The translations under genes were made by a program, and so were the position numbers. A DNA stretch of 64,000 nt from Paraphysomonas bandaiensis (lineage: Eukaryota > Protista > Chrysophyceae): contig CBFFRP010000371.1 in NCBI GenBank assembly GCA_965644295.1, forward strand, positions 227,444 through 291,443, written 5' to 3'. Each line of letters starts with the position of its first letter. Positions within the stretch are counted from its first letter, which is position 1. Shown here in pieces: positions 1 to 12,907 of the stretch. Under the pieces are notes generated by a model. It did not search any database and was not told where the DNA came from. It saw only the letters and a list, made by a program, of their open reading frames with translations.

Positions 1-1360
1 TAGGAGGGGTAGCTGCCATGCCGTTATTATACCCCCATACATATGGTAATAATCCAGCCCCAAGTGCAGTAACTACTAAAGAGAATGATGAGACTGACAT
101 ATGTATTTCACCACTTGAATTGTATTGTTTTTAAGGGGTGTATTATTAAGTAATAGATGTAGATAATCTGTCTATATATCTATCTATATATGCATATATG
201 CCACTATACCTGCATATGTATGTACCATGATTGACTACGAATCCAGGCCAGCTGCAGAGTATACAGACTACCATCTTGGAATTCCTATACATGGATATAT
301 ACTGCTGTATTACAACAGTATTTTGGATGTATTTACTCGTAGTCTGTGCATTTCAAGATGACAAGAAGCAGCCAGTACGAGTATCTTTGAGCACCAGTTG
401 CATAATTACAACAACAACTGACTGTAATTGGGTAATTGCTGCTTGAGGTCCTCAATTTGTGTAGTATCGATTCCATTATTGCTATAGGGGGTATGCACGT
501 GCAATACGACAAATCTTGAAGTATAAGAGTGTACTTGTTGAACATGCAGAAGTGTAGCACACAATGACCGTTACTACTCCGGAAAAGTGGCGAACAAGTT
601 AGTTAATTGCAACCTCCTAGTAATTACTACAAAAAGCAAAATGTGAGCAATATACATATTTTGAACACATGGAGATGTGTAAAGAAGATGGGAAACTACG
701 CAATTGGCAGCCTGTAAATGAAGTGCTGTAGATCGGTGCGTGAGGGTATTCGTGGATATTATTCTCCGTTAAGGCGTCATATTGATTTACTTTGTTATTA
801 TTCAAAGTCTTATTATTAGCAATAGGCGTTGAAAATCTGCACCAGCTTAGTAGCTAGATGGACAAACTAGCCAATCTAGATAAACATCTACCATTTAATA
901 ATTAGTGTAAACTCTTATATCCTACTATTTAACGCTACAAGAACATCTTGGGCATCACCGCAAGCACCAAGGTGCGACCATTCTCGCTATATGATAGATG
1001 TGTATGTAGGTTCGTTGTAAAACGTACAACAGTGTACAGCATGACAAGTGAAAGCAGTGATATAAGTCAACTACTACCACACTGGATCGCGTAAGACTAC
1101 ACCTACATTTTGTGCAATATGCATCTGGGACCTGGGTCTGAGTCGATATGTACATTCTATGTAATCTCATTAAATTACTTAGTAGTAAATAGCTTTCAGA
1201 TGGGGAACTATTCCTCAGAGTAACTACTTGCTCCAAAATATAAGGTATCATCGTTCTTTCAAAATATTGAGTTAGAAATAGTGTCAAGTTTTAACATAAT
1301 TCATAAGAACACTCCATAGCGTCGTGTCGCATACAAATGCCATTGCTTGTCACACGAAAC

Positions 1361-2090
1361 TTAATCAAATCCATCGCCCTTAGCAAAATCAGTGACAATA
1401 AACTTATTGTACTGTGGATATTGTTCATGAAGTCGTCTCGCACGACGCTCCTTCATCCATTCAGTATATGGCTGCGCGTGAAGGTTAGAAAGTTGTGCTC
1501 TTGCGAACTGTAGGCACAACAGAGCAAAGCTAATGGTTCCAAGTGGAGGCTCCATCCAATTCCAGGCCCATGCCCCAACTTCTAGCGGAGTTTCCAGGTC
1601 GGCTGGCTCAGGAATATCTAATATAAATGTGAATACTACCAAGTACAAATCAAAGACTTTGTCGTCTACCTGTAGTTACATACAGCTCATTAAACCACAT
1701 CACCGTATTGAGCTCGAACACCATAGGTACGGAGAGAATAGCGGCGCCAACAGATGTCACCAATCCAACTTTATAGGGGAATGTAGCCAGCCACATTCCT
1801 TGTCTGTTGGCTGTCATCATTTCACGAAATCGTGGTTGAGCATCAGCCCATGTGACCCCATCTACAGCCATAATTTCACGTATTAATCGTTCCTCACGAG
1901 CCTCTTGATCACCAAGCACTGCCATAATAGTGATAACATCATTTGACATCTCTTCAAATTCACGGGGTAATTTTTTAGCTTCTTCCAATGAAACAACTTT
2001 AGAGGATAGACAACGAGCAGCTCTACCCCCATATATTCCCGTCATTTGACGTAGAGGCATGGATAATCTCCTCATCATTCTTGATGCCAT
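1361..2090 (-). CDS. Conserved hypothetical membrane protein, probably mitochondrial; 2 exons (intron 1618-1669)
   Basis: ORFs 1650-2090 and 1361-1648 join in frame across a GT..AG intron (ELYVTT-D-IPEPADLET). The N-terminus is Arg/Ser-rich and lacks acidic residues, like a transit peptide. Two hydrophobic segments. Confidence 0.75.
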
Positions 2091-2163
2091 GATAAATTAT
2101 TAAGAAATATCTCTTATTAATATGTATATACTCACTTCAGTTAAATATATTTATGTTCAATCA

Positions 2164-2194
<31 letters not shown>

Positions 2195-2538
2195 GTATAT
2201 CGTATCTGCTGTATATATCTATGCATATAGTCGTATCTGGATATTGATCGTACATGCATATGTTGATGAATATACATACAACACACGAGAATATAACGTT
2301 CATATATCGTAATTATTGTAAAATTGTAAAAATAGTTGAGAAACTGATATGTAAAATCTGATAATTATTATTTTTTTACATAGTAATTTTGTAAATATAT
2401 GATTCTAGAAGGACAACATCATAAAAAAAATTGTCTATGTATTATATAATTGTATTTCAACACCTACGTACCAGACACTGTACATAATTTTCTATACATA
2501 TGCGTATAGTATACTACACTACGTATACACTATGAGAC

Positions 2539-2690
2539 GTATCGGCATCCTTTGTATATTTTTGTTCAGAGATGCCTCAAATATTGAGTCAACAATTATC
2601 TGTATTTCAGCCGTAGTTCTATTGCAGTAATATAGAGAAATTTTGCTTCAATATATTTACGAAAAATAAGATGCTGACTGCCGATATAAT
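2539..2690 (+). repeat. Dispersed non-autonomous repeat family C (~150 bp), copy 1
   Basis: cgtatcggcatcct..tatatttttgttca..gatgcctc.aatattgag.caacaattatctgtatt recurs at 10744 (direct) and at 24391 and 34703 (inverted). Confidence 0.8.
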
Positions 2691-2889
2691 GATACACTAT
2701 ACATAGCAGTGCAGTATCCAGCTCTTCCCTTATCTCTCTATTGTAGATATGTGTATGTGATCGCTCATAGTAATAGACATAGTCATATCCATCTACTACT
2801 ATAGGTAGTAAAGATATAACACGCTTATTACACACTATTTATTCATCATATGTCTATCTGATACTTGTATAACGTTAAGTATATCCCAT

Positions 2890-4575
2890 ATGGGGGCTGT
2901 CCAGTCACTGTACACACGTAAACTTCTTCATAACTCCGATACAGAAATTCAGTAAGTAAATTTATTCTTCATTCTATTAGTAACGTATGTATAGTGTATG
3001 TATGTACAGTGTATGTATATCTATATATGTATTTATGCACGTATATCACTCTCTCTATATATATGTATATATAGCTGGAATGGAATGCGTATAGGAGACA
3101 GAGAAGTCAGTGATATCGCCAATGCACTACAGAAGAATACATCTCTTAAAACACCCGAGTATGTCACTGTATATACATACATATATAACCATATAACCAT
3201 ATATAGTTTAAAGGATAATTCTATTACGGATAAGGGGGCTTCCTTATTAATCAATGCACTACAAGTGAATACAACACTCATTCAACTCAAGTAAGTGTTT
3301 TGATATATTATTTATAATATATTAATATATACATATATATACAGTCTTGATGGCAATAGTGTGTCTGATGATACATTAAGTGCTCTATCTCAAGCACTTA
3401 TTCATAACAATGCTGCTATCTTAGAAAAAGAGCTTTTGGACGGAGAACTGAAGTGAGTATTTATATATGCAGTGTGTTTTCTACTATGTAATGTCATATA
3501 TAGTTTGGATTTTAAAGGAATAAAAGATAGTGATTGTGCTGCAGTGGCAGAGGTAATAAGGTCAACGACTGGACTGACAGGGGTCAGGTGATGCGTTTGT
3601 TTTGAAGCACCCATGTTGTAATTGTATATAGACTGGGGTTCAATAATTTCTCTCGTGATGGCGTGGAGTATATAGCCGCTTCTCTGACGGGAGGGTGCCA
3701 TATTACATACCTACAGTGGGTGCAATTGTTTGCAGTGTATATTTTGTGAACTCACGTAATACCAGTTTGAGTGGAAATGAGTTCAGCGATCAGAGTTGTG
3801 AGATTCTTGCTGCAGCCTTGCAGCACAACATCTCCATCCACGAGCTCGTGTACGTGTTGCTATTGGACTTTCTACTCAATTAATGCGCTCCCCATTGAGC
3901 AGGTTAAATAATGCAAGTATTAGCGCTATTGGAGGGGCTGCACTTTCCACGGTCATTGCAAAGAATACTCCCTTGACAGCGTTGTAGTAAGTAACTCATT
4001 ATGTCCTGTAAACAGTATGTTAATTTTTGTATTGTCGGTATGATAGTTTATGGGGGAACAATATCAGTGATGGGGGCTGTGAAGCACTAGCAGCTGCAAT
4101 GAAGACTAATACTACCCTCCATGTTCTCGAGTAAGTATGGAATATTGTAGACGGTGAAGTTTAACAAGTGTTTTTCACTCAGTTTAAAAGAGAATAATGT
4201 CGGTGATGATGGTATATGCGCTTTAGCCACGCTATTCCGGTACGCCACGCGTATTATTTCACTAGAGTGAGTATATATATTACTTGATTTTATTATATTT
4301 GAGCGTCTATCATGCAGCCTGGAAGGTAATGTCTTCTCATGTGTTGGGGAGTTAGCTCTTGCCAAAGAGATCAACTCTTGTTCGTGTCTTCACCTAAGAG
4401 AGTAAGTGATAACGATGAAAGCCAAAATGTTGGACTCATGTTTGTTATGCCCAGCCTGAATGGAGTAGACTTAACTTCAGGAGAGTGTCGAGGCATTTTG
4501 GGTATAGATAAGTCACACTGTTCAAGCACTTATGAAGTGCTTGATATTGTGCGCGCTAGATATATTGACATCTAG
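2890..4575 (+). CDS. RNI/NLRC3-type leucine-rich-repeat protein; 12 exons; N-myristoylation motif MGAVQS
   Basis: Exons 2890-2951, 3075-3158, 3207-3290, 3345-3452, 3504-3587, 3632-3715, 3766-3849, 3903-3986, 4047-4130, 4183-4266, 4318-4401, 4455-4575. All introns are GT-AG and phase 2. Repeats follow LxxNxIxDxGxxxLxxALxxNxxLxxL. Confidence 0.9.
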
Positions 4576-5407
4576 ATATATTCTTTTTGACTTGTTGACG
4601 TTTGTATGTTGAAAAGCGTTTCTAAAGTGTAGTATTTATGCTATCTGCATAAAAGAGTGTTGCCCCGAAATCTCTCAAATATATTATACTATAATATATA
4701 TCTTTGCGTTAAAGAATATTGAGTCTTCAAAATCAGCCACACACTCTATACTTCTAAATATTTCAGTGTGACATGACTTTCCAAATGTGAAACACATCAC
4801 TCGTATAAAATACTGCAACGCATTTCTCAAAAAGCATGGATTATTTTATCCGTGGATTCAGTTGACTGTGCCGTAAATAGTTAATGAACTTCTCGGCAAA
4901 ATCACATAAATTTTATCTTACCATTACTGTAATTAGCTTTAAAATCTTAATATCTAAAGTTACTTTTTTGTTACTAAAACGTTACATCAGACCTGTGGGA
5001 AACACTTTATTCTAGTAGTATTGTGTATGGTAGGGTTCATCTTAATATAAAATATAAGATAGTGTATATATGAAATGTAATGTTCAATGAAATATATCAT
5101 GAACTGAATAATTAACAATAGTATCTGTCGAAAATACTAGATCGTCATCTAACTATTATTCCTTTGTGTGTGATAGTTATGTTCTGCATTGCTGTGTTCA
5201 TTCTTCTCACTATTGCGAAGCTTAAATCTCCATTGTTCTAATAATGCCATTGTGGTTAAAATTTTAAGCTGGTTTTAAGATTTTTACAATAAGGATACAA
5301 TACCTTATATTGTTCACAAGCCCAGCTGGTCAAAATAGCAAAAATCTCTTTTGGCAGCAATAGTTTTTAGAGTATCAGTGTAAATAATATATCTATGATG
5401 TTTCAAC

Positions 5408-5807
5408 CCCTCAACAAAGTCGGACTCGCACCTTTTCGTGGTGTTCTGGGGGATAAGTACCGGAGATATTTCTCCGGGAAACTAACGTGAGCCGCATATT
5501 ATATAGTCAGCAGATATATTGTTCTGCCCACTCATAGCCAAATGCTTGTGTGGTACAAGGGACACTAATAAGTGTCACTTGTGTAGACGTCTTTGGGCCC
5601 TGACGAATAAACAGGCATCCGGGACAGGGCCCACCAGAAGGGTAACCGGGGTATTGGGCCCACCAGAAGGGTAACCGGGGTATTGGGCTGCCTGCTGAAG
5701 TTAAGCATCCGGGATGTTCACCTTAACAACTCAAAACACCTGAAGTCAGCAGATGTCAGGTATATCAACATTCTGCTTGCTCCCTGCGTTTGCTTTGAGT
5801 GATTGAT
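5408..5807 (+). mobile_element. Non-autonomous ~350-400 bp interspersed element, family S (SINE-like), copy 1
   Basis: Starts ccctcaacaaagtcggactcg exactly as at 21196, 39488 and 48781. Contains an internal 29-bp tandem duplication at ~5627-5688. Confidence 0.8.
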
Positions 5808-7444
5808 GCTGAGTATGAGTTCACATTATTCGGTATCTGTGTGGCCGGCCAATGACCGAGGTAATGCGTCAAACTTTCATCATGGATGCATGGCAATGGC
5901 AATGATGTGATTAGACCTGTCATGTCTTCTCACACGTCTACTGCCTAGTCTTGGTTTCTCCTGACCCAGGTCATTGAGATTATATCAAGGCTCTGGCACT
6001 GTTCTCCAAGCAGTGTCAGGTACATTTGTGGTGCTTTTATGTTATTCTTGCTTAGTAGGTTTTCATCCGAGCGGGGAAGGTGCACGGTTTCCTACTAGTG
6101 TAAGTCACTCGGGAGAAGAGTGCAAGGTGGATGCATGTGCTGGATGAGTGCACACAATGGAGGGAAGACATTGGAGTCAGCTTGAATTTGTAACAGATTT
6201 TGGTAGATGTCTGTTTCATGCGTCAGTGTGCAAAATTGCACCAGTGAGACCGCTTCGTGACCGTGGGAGGACCCGGCGCTATAGCTACTTTATTCTCCCT
6301 TCCAGACTACCTGCTGCTGTGAACACCACCTTGAAGAGGGCCCTAAAGATCTGCCGCATATACAGGAGACATATGCCGAAGACACCGACCGCAAGTTGTT
6401 TGTGTTAGGACAAGTAGATTGGGCAGGAGCGTATGATCCGGCTTAAACACGCAACTCGTCGTATGCCCATGTAGCTAACTAAATCGTGTTGTATAGTTGA
6501 GCACTTGTCGGTGCATGCAATAGTAACTAGATGAGAGTCATGTTATGCATAGTGTCGCGCGAGTTGTTAGGTTGGTCGCGGCAACGCACAAGCTTGCGCT
6601 TCTTAATAATCAGATTTTCAATATGATGTTTCAACTCTATATGAGTTTATATCAAAAGGTTTCCCTTATACTGCAATGGTTGTACATTAGGAGATCACTC
6701 GAAGTCATGTTAACGAAACAGGTAACTGCATATTATATATTATATATATGTAACTGTATTAGTGTATATGTGTATATAACACATAACACACGATGTTCAG
6801 ATGGTGCGTTAAATAACCCATATGAAAATAATTATTCTGCTTCGTGAGTAAACCGGCTTTGTCAAATGTGCTTGCCAACAGACGGGAATGATGATGGGAA
6901 TTATACTTGTACACTGCACACGATCCGTAAAACAACACTTTTCACAATAAGATTCAAGAGATGGGTGTTATGCTGAGCCGGAAGCCGGAAGCAGCAAGAA
7001 CGCGGTATGTACTGATTACCTTGCTTTTCTTCAGACCACGTGCTTCCAGACTGCCTCTGAACTGTAATCGCATGGCTATGTTTCATATAGTTATAATGAA
7101 TATTGATAGATACTAATCACTGGATTATAGGCACTCAGTAAATATATATCGCTCTTGTATATTATCACTGTCCGCTGATGTCGGACATCAGCCGTTATTG
7201 GTCCTAATCTCTAGTCGTACATCACTTGCGAGGTATGTGCGAGATATATATTGTCCTATACATCCTTAAATCTTGTGAGTGCAGATTTCTGTACTACAGA
7301 TGTTGAAGTATATGTATATTGTTCTGAAGGTCCCGTAAAAAATCAAGTACTAAACCGATATTGCTGCAAAATATGTGTAATATGTTTACAGTTCTGTACA
7401 TATATCTTAAGTATTTACTCAGGGGGCATTGTGAGCTCAGTAAA

Positions 7445-7797
7445 GCCTTTAGTGGTTACCAGGCGCCAGGCCCTGGTATATAGTATATAGGATACATTAT
7501 TATATGTAATATGTACCCATTCCAAGAAGGAAAGCAGTACATGTATAAGCTAGAAGCTAAAAAGGTGTCTTTTTTCAGTTAAGGTAGGCGCGGTGCTAAT
7601 AAAATGAAGTAGTGATGCGTGTAAAGCTAGAAAGATAGATGATATTCAGTAGACGATACTGCTAATTTATTACATTATTGCACAACTTCAAGGGGAAGTA
7701 CTCAAGTATACTGCTGTAAAATCCAATCCCATGAAACTTTAAGTCATTTCCAACGCATAATCTAAGGGCTAAAAGGCAGTAAACACACACTCTCAAA
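7445..7797 (+). repeat. ~350-bp local direct duplication; second copy 9069-9413
   Basis: Near-identical gcctttagtggttaccaggcgccagg...ctctcaaa at both sites. The ORF track shows the same peptide at 7662-7850 and 9278-9535. Confidence 0.9.
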
Positions 7798-8040
7798 GTG
7801 TCCGTTGTCAGCAGCATCTTTATACGTCCATGAATCCCAATCGCAGCCATTATCTCTACACCATTTCAGTATCTCGAAGTAACCGTTACATGCAGCAACT
7901 GCACATGTTTGTGCATCCCAATCACAACCACTGTTTCTACATGAGGCTGTGATTGGAATTCATGGACATGCACAGCTGCAGCTGGGAACGGTCACTTTGA
8001 AATATTGAAATGGTGTAGAGCTAATGGTTGTGATTGGAAT
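7792..8040. pseudogene. Two ankyrin-like (GCxW-type) repeat fragments on opposite strands, forming an inverted repeat
   Basis: Plus 7945-8040 reads GCDWNSWTCTAAAGNGHFEILKWCRANGCDWN. Minus 7929-7792 reads GCDWDAQTCAVAACNGYFEILKWCRDNGCDWDSWTYKDAADNGHFE. Confidence 0.8.
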
Positions 8041-8401
8041 AAGCAACATTTTTGCATATATTCACATTTTCGTATATTAAGATAACGTGCTCTTGCTCTT
8101 GCTTATATATATGGATGTATATGCATGTATGGGACTACAAAATCATGATTCTGCATCCATAACATCATGTCCAATTCTGGAAAAAGTATCATGAAAAGAC
8201 ATCAAAAACTCTTCTTAAACTGAAACAAACAAGATCTTTAAAAAAAAAAAAAGTTTTCCCATTGTAGGCTGTTTTTTATCAACATACAGTTGTATTTTGC
8301 CAATGAGAAAAGAGGGATTTTTATGGTTGATCGGGGCCATAAATCCCTCTTTTCATCATTCTATATTCGTGTCCCATTATGAGAGCGTGGCCATAGTGCC
8401 G

Positions 8402-8677
8402 TGTAAGCTCGCAGGTACACCACCTCCAACACCGAGATATAGCACTGATTCTATCATCCACCTATCCATGATCGCATACACCACGCACGGTTTATGTTTC
8501 CACCCCACCCGTGTTCACCTTCGCTAAAATTACGAGGGAATTCTCATAGCTATGTATGACTTATGTATGAAATTCTGCAGATTCTAGTGGGACCATGTTT
8601 ATCTTCCCATTACCCCAACAAATATTACGCCAAGCTTCTCGTGACTATGCATGACTCAGTATAGGTCTAGTGTGGCA
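8402..8677. mobile_element. LTR-like repeat family B, degraded solo copy
   Basis: TG...CA bounded and similar to 16859-17169. No TSD seen. Confidence 0.6.
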
Positions 8678-9068
8678 TTTATATCTGAAGTATTTACTCA
8701 GGGGAACTCAATCAAACCTTTCAATGTAGTATCATTAATAAGAAGTTATACTTAATGCTAATCATAAAGATCACATGACAACCATACTCACTACGCTGGT
8801 AAGCAAAAAGACTACATACAGCGCAATCATCAATAATGTCATCATCACACACATTTATTCAAAAGTAATTGAAATATACTTGCGTCCGGCCACAAGGGTC
8901 GAAACATCATCATGTGAGTGGGTTGTATATAGCAGGGCCTGGTAACCCTTAGTGGTCATGAAAAGAGCACCACACTATTTATTATGAGAGGTATTATCTA
9001 CTTAGGTATGTATTATATATGGGCCATTAATGCCATTATAATGCCAGGAACAGGACTACCATTAATGG

Positions 9069-9413
9069 GCCTTTAGTGGTTACCAGGCGCCAGGTCCTGG
9101 TATATAGTATATAGGATACATTATTATATGTAATATGTACCAGTGCCAAGAAGGAAAACAGTACATATATATACTAGAAGCTGTCCTTTACCAGTTAAGG
9201 TAGGCGCGGTGCTAATAAAAAGAAGTTGTGATACGTGTAAAGCTAGAAAGATAGATGATATTCAGTAGACGATACTGCTAATTTATTACATTATTGCACA
9301 ACTTCAAGGGGAAGTACTCAAGTATACTGCTGTAAAATCCAATCCCATGAAACTTTAATTCATTTCCAACACATAATCTAAGGGCTAATAGGCAGTAAAT
9401 ACACTCTCTCAAA
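9069..9413 (+). repeat. Second copy of the 7445-7797 duplication
   Basis: Direct sequence similarity; lies just 3' of the TEX47-like stop codon. Confidence 0.9.
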
Positions 9414-9464
9414 CGGGATGCACTATTCCGGTACTGAGCGAAATGATAAGACATAATTTCACCA

Positions 9465-10395
9465 CTAGTATCTGACCAGGGGTTCCACAGGCCAATTATT
9501 TTCAGATTCCAACTCAACATGATACGAGTCCGCAAACACCTCTACGTACTCCTATGAATAGGGCTGATTAAAAAGTAAACGTCAAAATGGATATTAAAAC
9601 AATACCTCAATTGAAAAAAAATGTTCTGAGCTTGAGAGAGCAAGAATCAAATTCTTTCCAGGGAGGTGATTTGAATACCTGAACATCATATTTCATAAAT
9701 GTACCCAACAAATATTTCTCATGCCCACCTGTTGAGTTCAACTTCACCGGGCGCAACATTTTGGAGTCCTTTCCCAACCTCGAACAGACCCACAGCCATA
9801 TCGTGCACAATATCCCCACTAGAGTCAGCAGTTACATCATCCACCTGAGAACGTCTTTCCTGTATTATGCACGAGTACCATTCTGGATAAAACCTGCATG
9901 GTCGATCTTCAATGTTATAAACTATTCTACCACTTTGTAGTCCATCCTTTTTGAACTGAGAATGCTCTGATAGGGAGCGAACGATATTCAACACAGACAC
10001 ACATGGACCTTCCAAAAGATGAATGATACCACTTCCCTAGCAATATACTATAATCAATCTAACACATATAAGTTTCATATATATTACTTGTCCCATTAAT
10101 ATTCCCGTAATATTGCACCCCTCATTATTGACTTCATCCTCAACAATCTGTATACAGTTACACAATACAAGAGAATGATATCATTCTTCTACCTTTCTGT
10201 GGGTTGCTAGAGCCTAATAACATACATACACATCAAAAGAATATATATAAATATATAATTCCATACATCACTCATATCAGCTTCAGATTTTATACTTCCA
10301 CAGTATATAACAGTTGAAACACCACCATCTTCAGGTAATGCTTTCTTTCTTATTTCAGATAGATGGTCTAAGAGAGATGGTTCATCACTATGCAT
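9465..10395 (-). CDS. TEX47: TEX47/MOT7/DYBLUP-like ciliary BLUF-fold protein; ~6 exons including a 14-nt microexon
   Basis: The spliced product contains VIYCG...EVNNEGCNITGILMGQGSGIIHLLEGP...RIVYNIEDRPCRFYPEW (BLUF-like) and a C-terminal ELESENNWP. Confidence 0.65.
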
Positions 10396-10743
10396 TTTGT
10401 ATATGAAATATTTATTTAACACCGTTACTACAAAGAGTTGAGGTGAGTTCTTTACATTTGGATGTTATGGTAGTGGAAGATGTGTAGAGGTCTATATATA
10501 AGGCTTATATAGCTATATGTATATGTATATGTGTATGTGTATATGTATGTGTGTGTATGTATGTATAGGGACGTTAAGGGTGACTTGCCGTTTCTCTTTT
10601 TTTTAATAGTATGTGAAGAGGCAGTTTACCCCAATTATGATTGGAATACACACACTGTATACTTCTGTAGGCATATAGATTGGAGCAGTGGATATATATG
10701 CATACAGCTGTGTACATCGTGTGTACATACAGCAGCAGCTGTG

Positions 10744-10895
10744 CGTATCGGCATCCTGTGTATATTTTTGTTCAAAGATGCCTCTAATATTGAGACAACA
10801 ATTATCTGTATTCCAGCCCCATATATGTATGTAGGTAATATAGAATAATTTTGCTTCAATTGTTTTCCGAAAATATGATGCAGACTGCCGATACG
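10744..10895 (+). repeat. Repeat family C, copy 2
   Basis: Direct similarity to 2539-2690. Confidence 0.8.
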
Positions 10896-11756
10896 GTGTG
10901 TCCTGTTAGATATAGATAGCTATACTCTGTCACAGTGATCTCACTCGTAATATACGAACCCACAACAACAGATACATATGACTTGAATGTAATTATTGGG
11001 CTTCATCATGTATTTCACTTCCTATAGTATAGTATAGTATCGCCTAGTTTCATTATTTGCGTATATATATGTTAGAGGTTCATAATGACAACAGGACACA
11101 CTCTTTGTTTCCACATCGATTCATATTGTAGCTATGTCTTTTGTTTGTAGTATTGACACTGTCAATACTATTTAGGTAACTACAGTTTTTTATTGGTAAG
11201 TGCCTTGTAATCAAGAATCCTGTAAACAAGCATAGTAGCTGTGTTGTGTGTTAGTAAGCATTAAGTTGAGATTTATCATGAGCAACCTTTGGCGACCAAC
11301 ATGATGAACATAAAACAAGCAAAATTCACAAAATATATTAATCCTCTGCTCAATCCACTAATTTCCCATGTCTTTGATATGTATTATTTATATACTCCTT
11401 GTGGTGATTACATTTACCGTCATATGGCTATACATGCTAATAATTCAGCCTTTCAGTTAAAAAATCGATAGTGCTGAACTGTTAAATATATATCTCGCAG
11501 ATAAGTATTGCATTGAACTAAATATGTTAACAATATGAAATTTCTGAGTTAAGGAGGAAATACTTTGGTATTTAGGTATTTTACCACAGAGTGTAACCCA
11601 ATTCTACTGAATGATCATTTATCTGAAATATTCTTAAATAACTTAATCTGAGAAATATATCTATACACAACTACTCGGAGGCGCCCACATCTGTATCTTC
11701 ATTGAGAATCAATACAATAACTAAAGTACCACCGCTGAAATCATCATGCATGCTAT

Positions 11757-12040
11757 TGCCCCATATTGACAGCGTAACTAATTACTGCGTGAGGCCCTCT
11801 ACTAGTGGGTGCGGTTGAGTGCTGCTGTGATTGCTCGCCTCTACCTATGTACACATTGCTTAGTTCAGCAGTTCCCCACTCCGGGTACTCACTGGATATT
11901 CAATACCGTGTTATAATGATGAAGCTAGTTGGGTTCAGTAGGTAGCTAGCAAATAACATATGGGACTTAAATCAAGTATTAGTTAGGTACCCACCCGGCC
12001 CCCATCCGAATCTACCTAAGTACGCGCTCAGAATGGGGCA
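11757..12040 (-). mobile_element. LTR family A; 3' LTR of a minus-strand Gypsy/chromovirus-like element
   Basis: 284 bp bounded by perfect 8-bp inverted termini TGCCCCAT...ATGGGGCA. A polypurine tract (gggtgggggg on minus) abuts it at 12041-12050. Second copy at 17199-17472. Confidence 0.85.
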
Positions 12041-12074
12041 CCCCCCACCCGAGTTCCTAAATACAACTGCAGTA

Positions 12075-12145
12075 CAGTATTCCCATGTGTGATCAACTTG
12101 GTCACGGTCCCACATAACTCATTTGACCAGCACCTTTTTCTTACC
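12075..12145 (-). pseudogene. Chromodomain-like remnant (pol C-terminus)
   Basis: A minus frame reads GKKKVLVK*VMWDRDQVDHTWEY, resembling YLVKW...TWEP, immediately upstream of the PPT and LTR. Confidence 0.5.
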
Positions 12146-12907
12146 CTAAGTCGCCGTGGACCAGGTCGTGCATACATCATCATTGTTGGCTGGTCCACAT
12201 ACATGTTCATCATCATTGTCGCTCGTATGCTTGACGAAAAATTCCCCTTCTTCCGCTGTGTGTGTCTAAAATTCGTTAGGATTTTACACCAAAACTAGTG
12301 TGACACTATAATTCTACCAAATTGACTAGGCTAATAAATTTCCCCTCAAGTGAAATGTGATGACGTAACCCTACGTCAGCTCAGATAAATTAAGTTGGTA
12401 GTGAATATTTATAATCTCAATTTTTATAATAGAAATCAACATTTACTTATCTAATTCACTTTTGTAACTGCTTTTATATCTATCTTTTTATTTCCTAATT
12501 GTGCAATCAATGTAGCTATATAATCATCAAAATATCCTAATTGTGAATATTTTTTGTATATGTTATCATAATATGAATGTATGTCACCTATTCCCATTTT
12601 TTCAATAGAAATTGTTTTTAATTGAAATGAATTTGTTTTTGTATAATAACATATTCTATTATATTTACCATTATTTTGGCTAAGTGAAACTCTTAGAAAT
12701 GCAGCAATGGAAAATTGGCAATAGTTACATGTAGCAACATACTATAAAGCATAAGAAATAGCAAAGCGAAAGATGTGGTGAGAGATATAGGAAATGAGTA
12801 TATTTAAACTGAAAAAGTCTTCTGAATATGATCGTTGTGTAACGACTAAGAGATAACTAATGTTGAAGACGAAAAGTACTGCACTTTCCAGATCAGTACG
12901 TTATCTC

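Noticed and set aside
5595-5640. CTGACGA in a gggccc stem in family S as a hammerhead ribozyme
   Set aside because: No GAAA and stem III at the required position, and the motif is not kept in other copies (ctgacta).
5820-6590. Moderately GC-rich stretch as a decayed LINE C-terminus
   Set aside because: Only a faint HII..C-like trace on the minus strand; no reliable motif.
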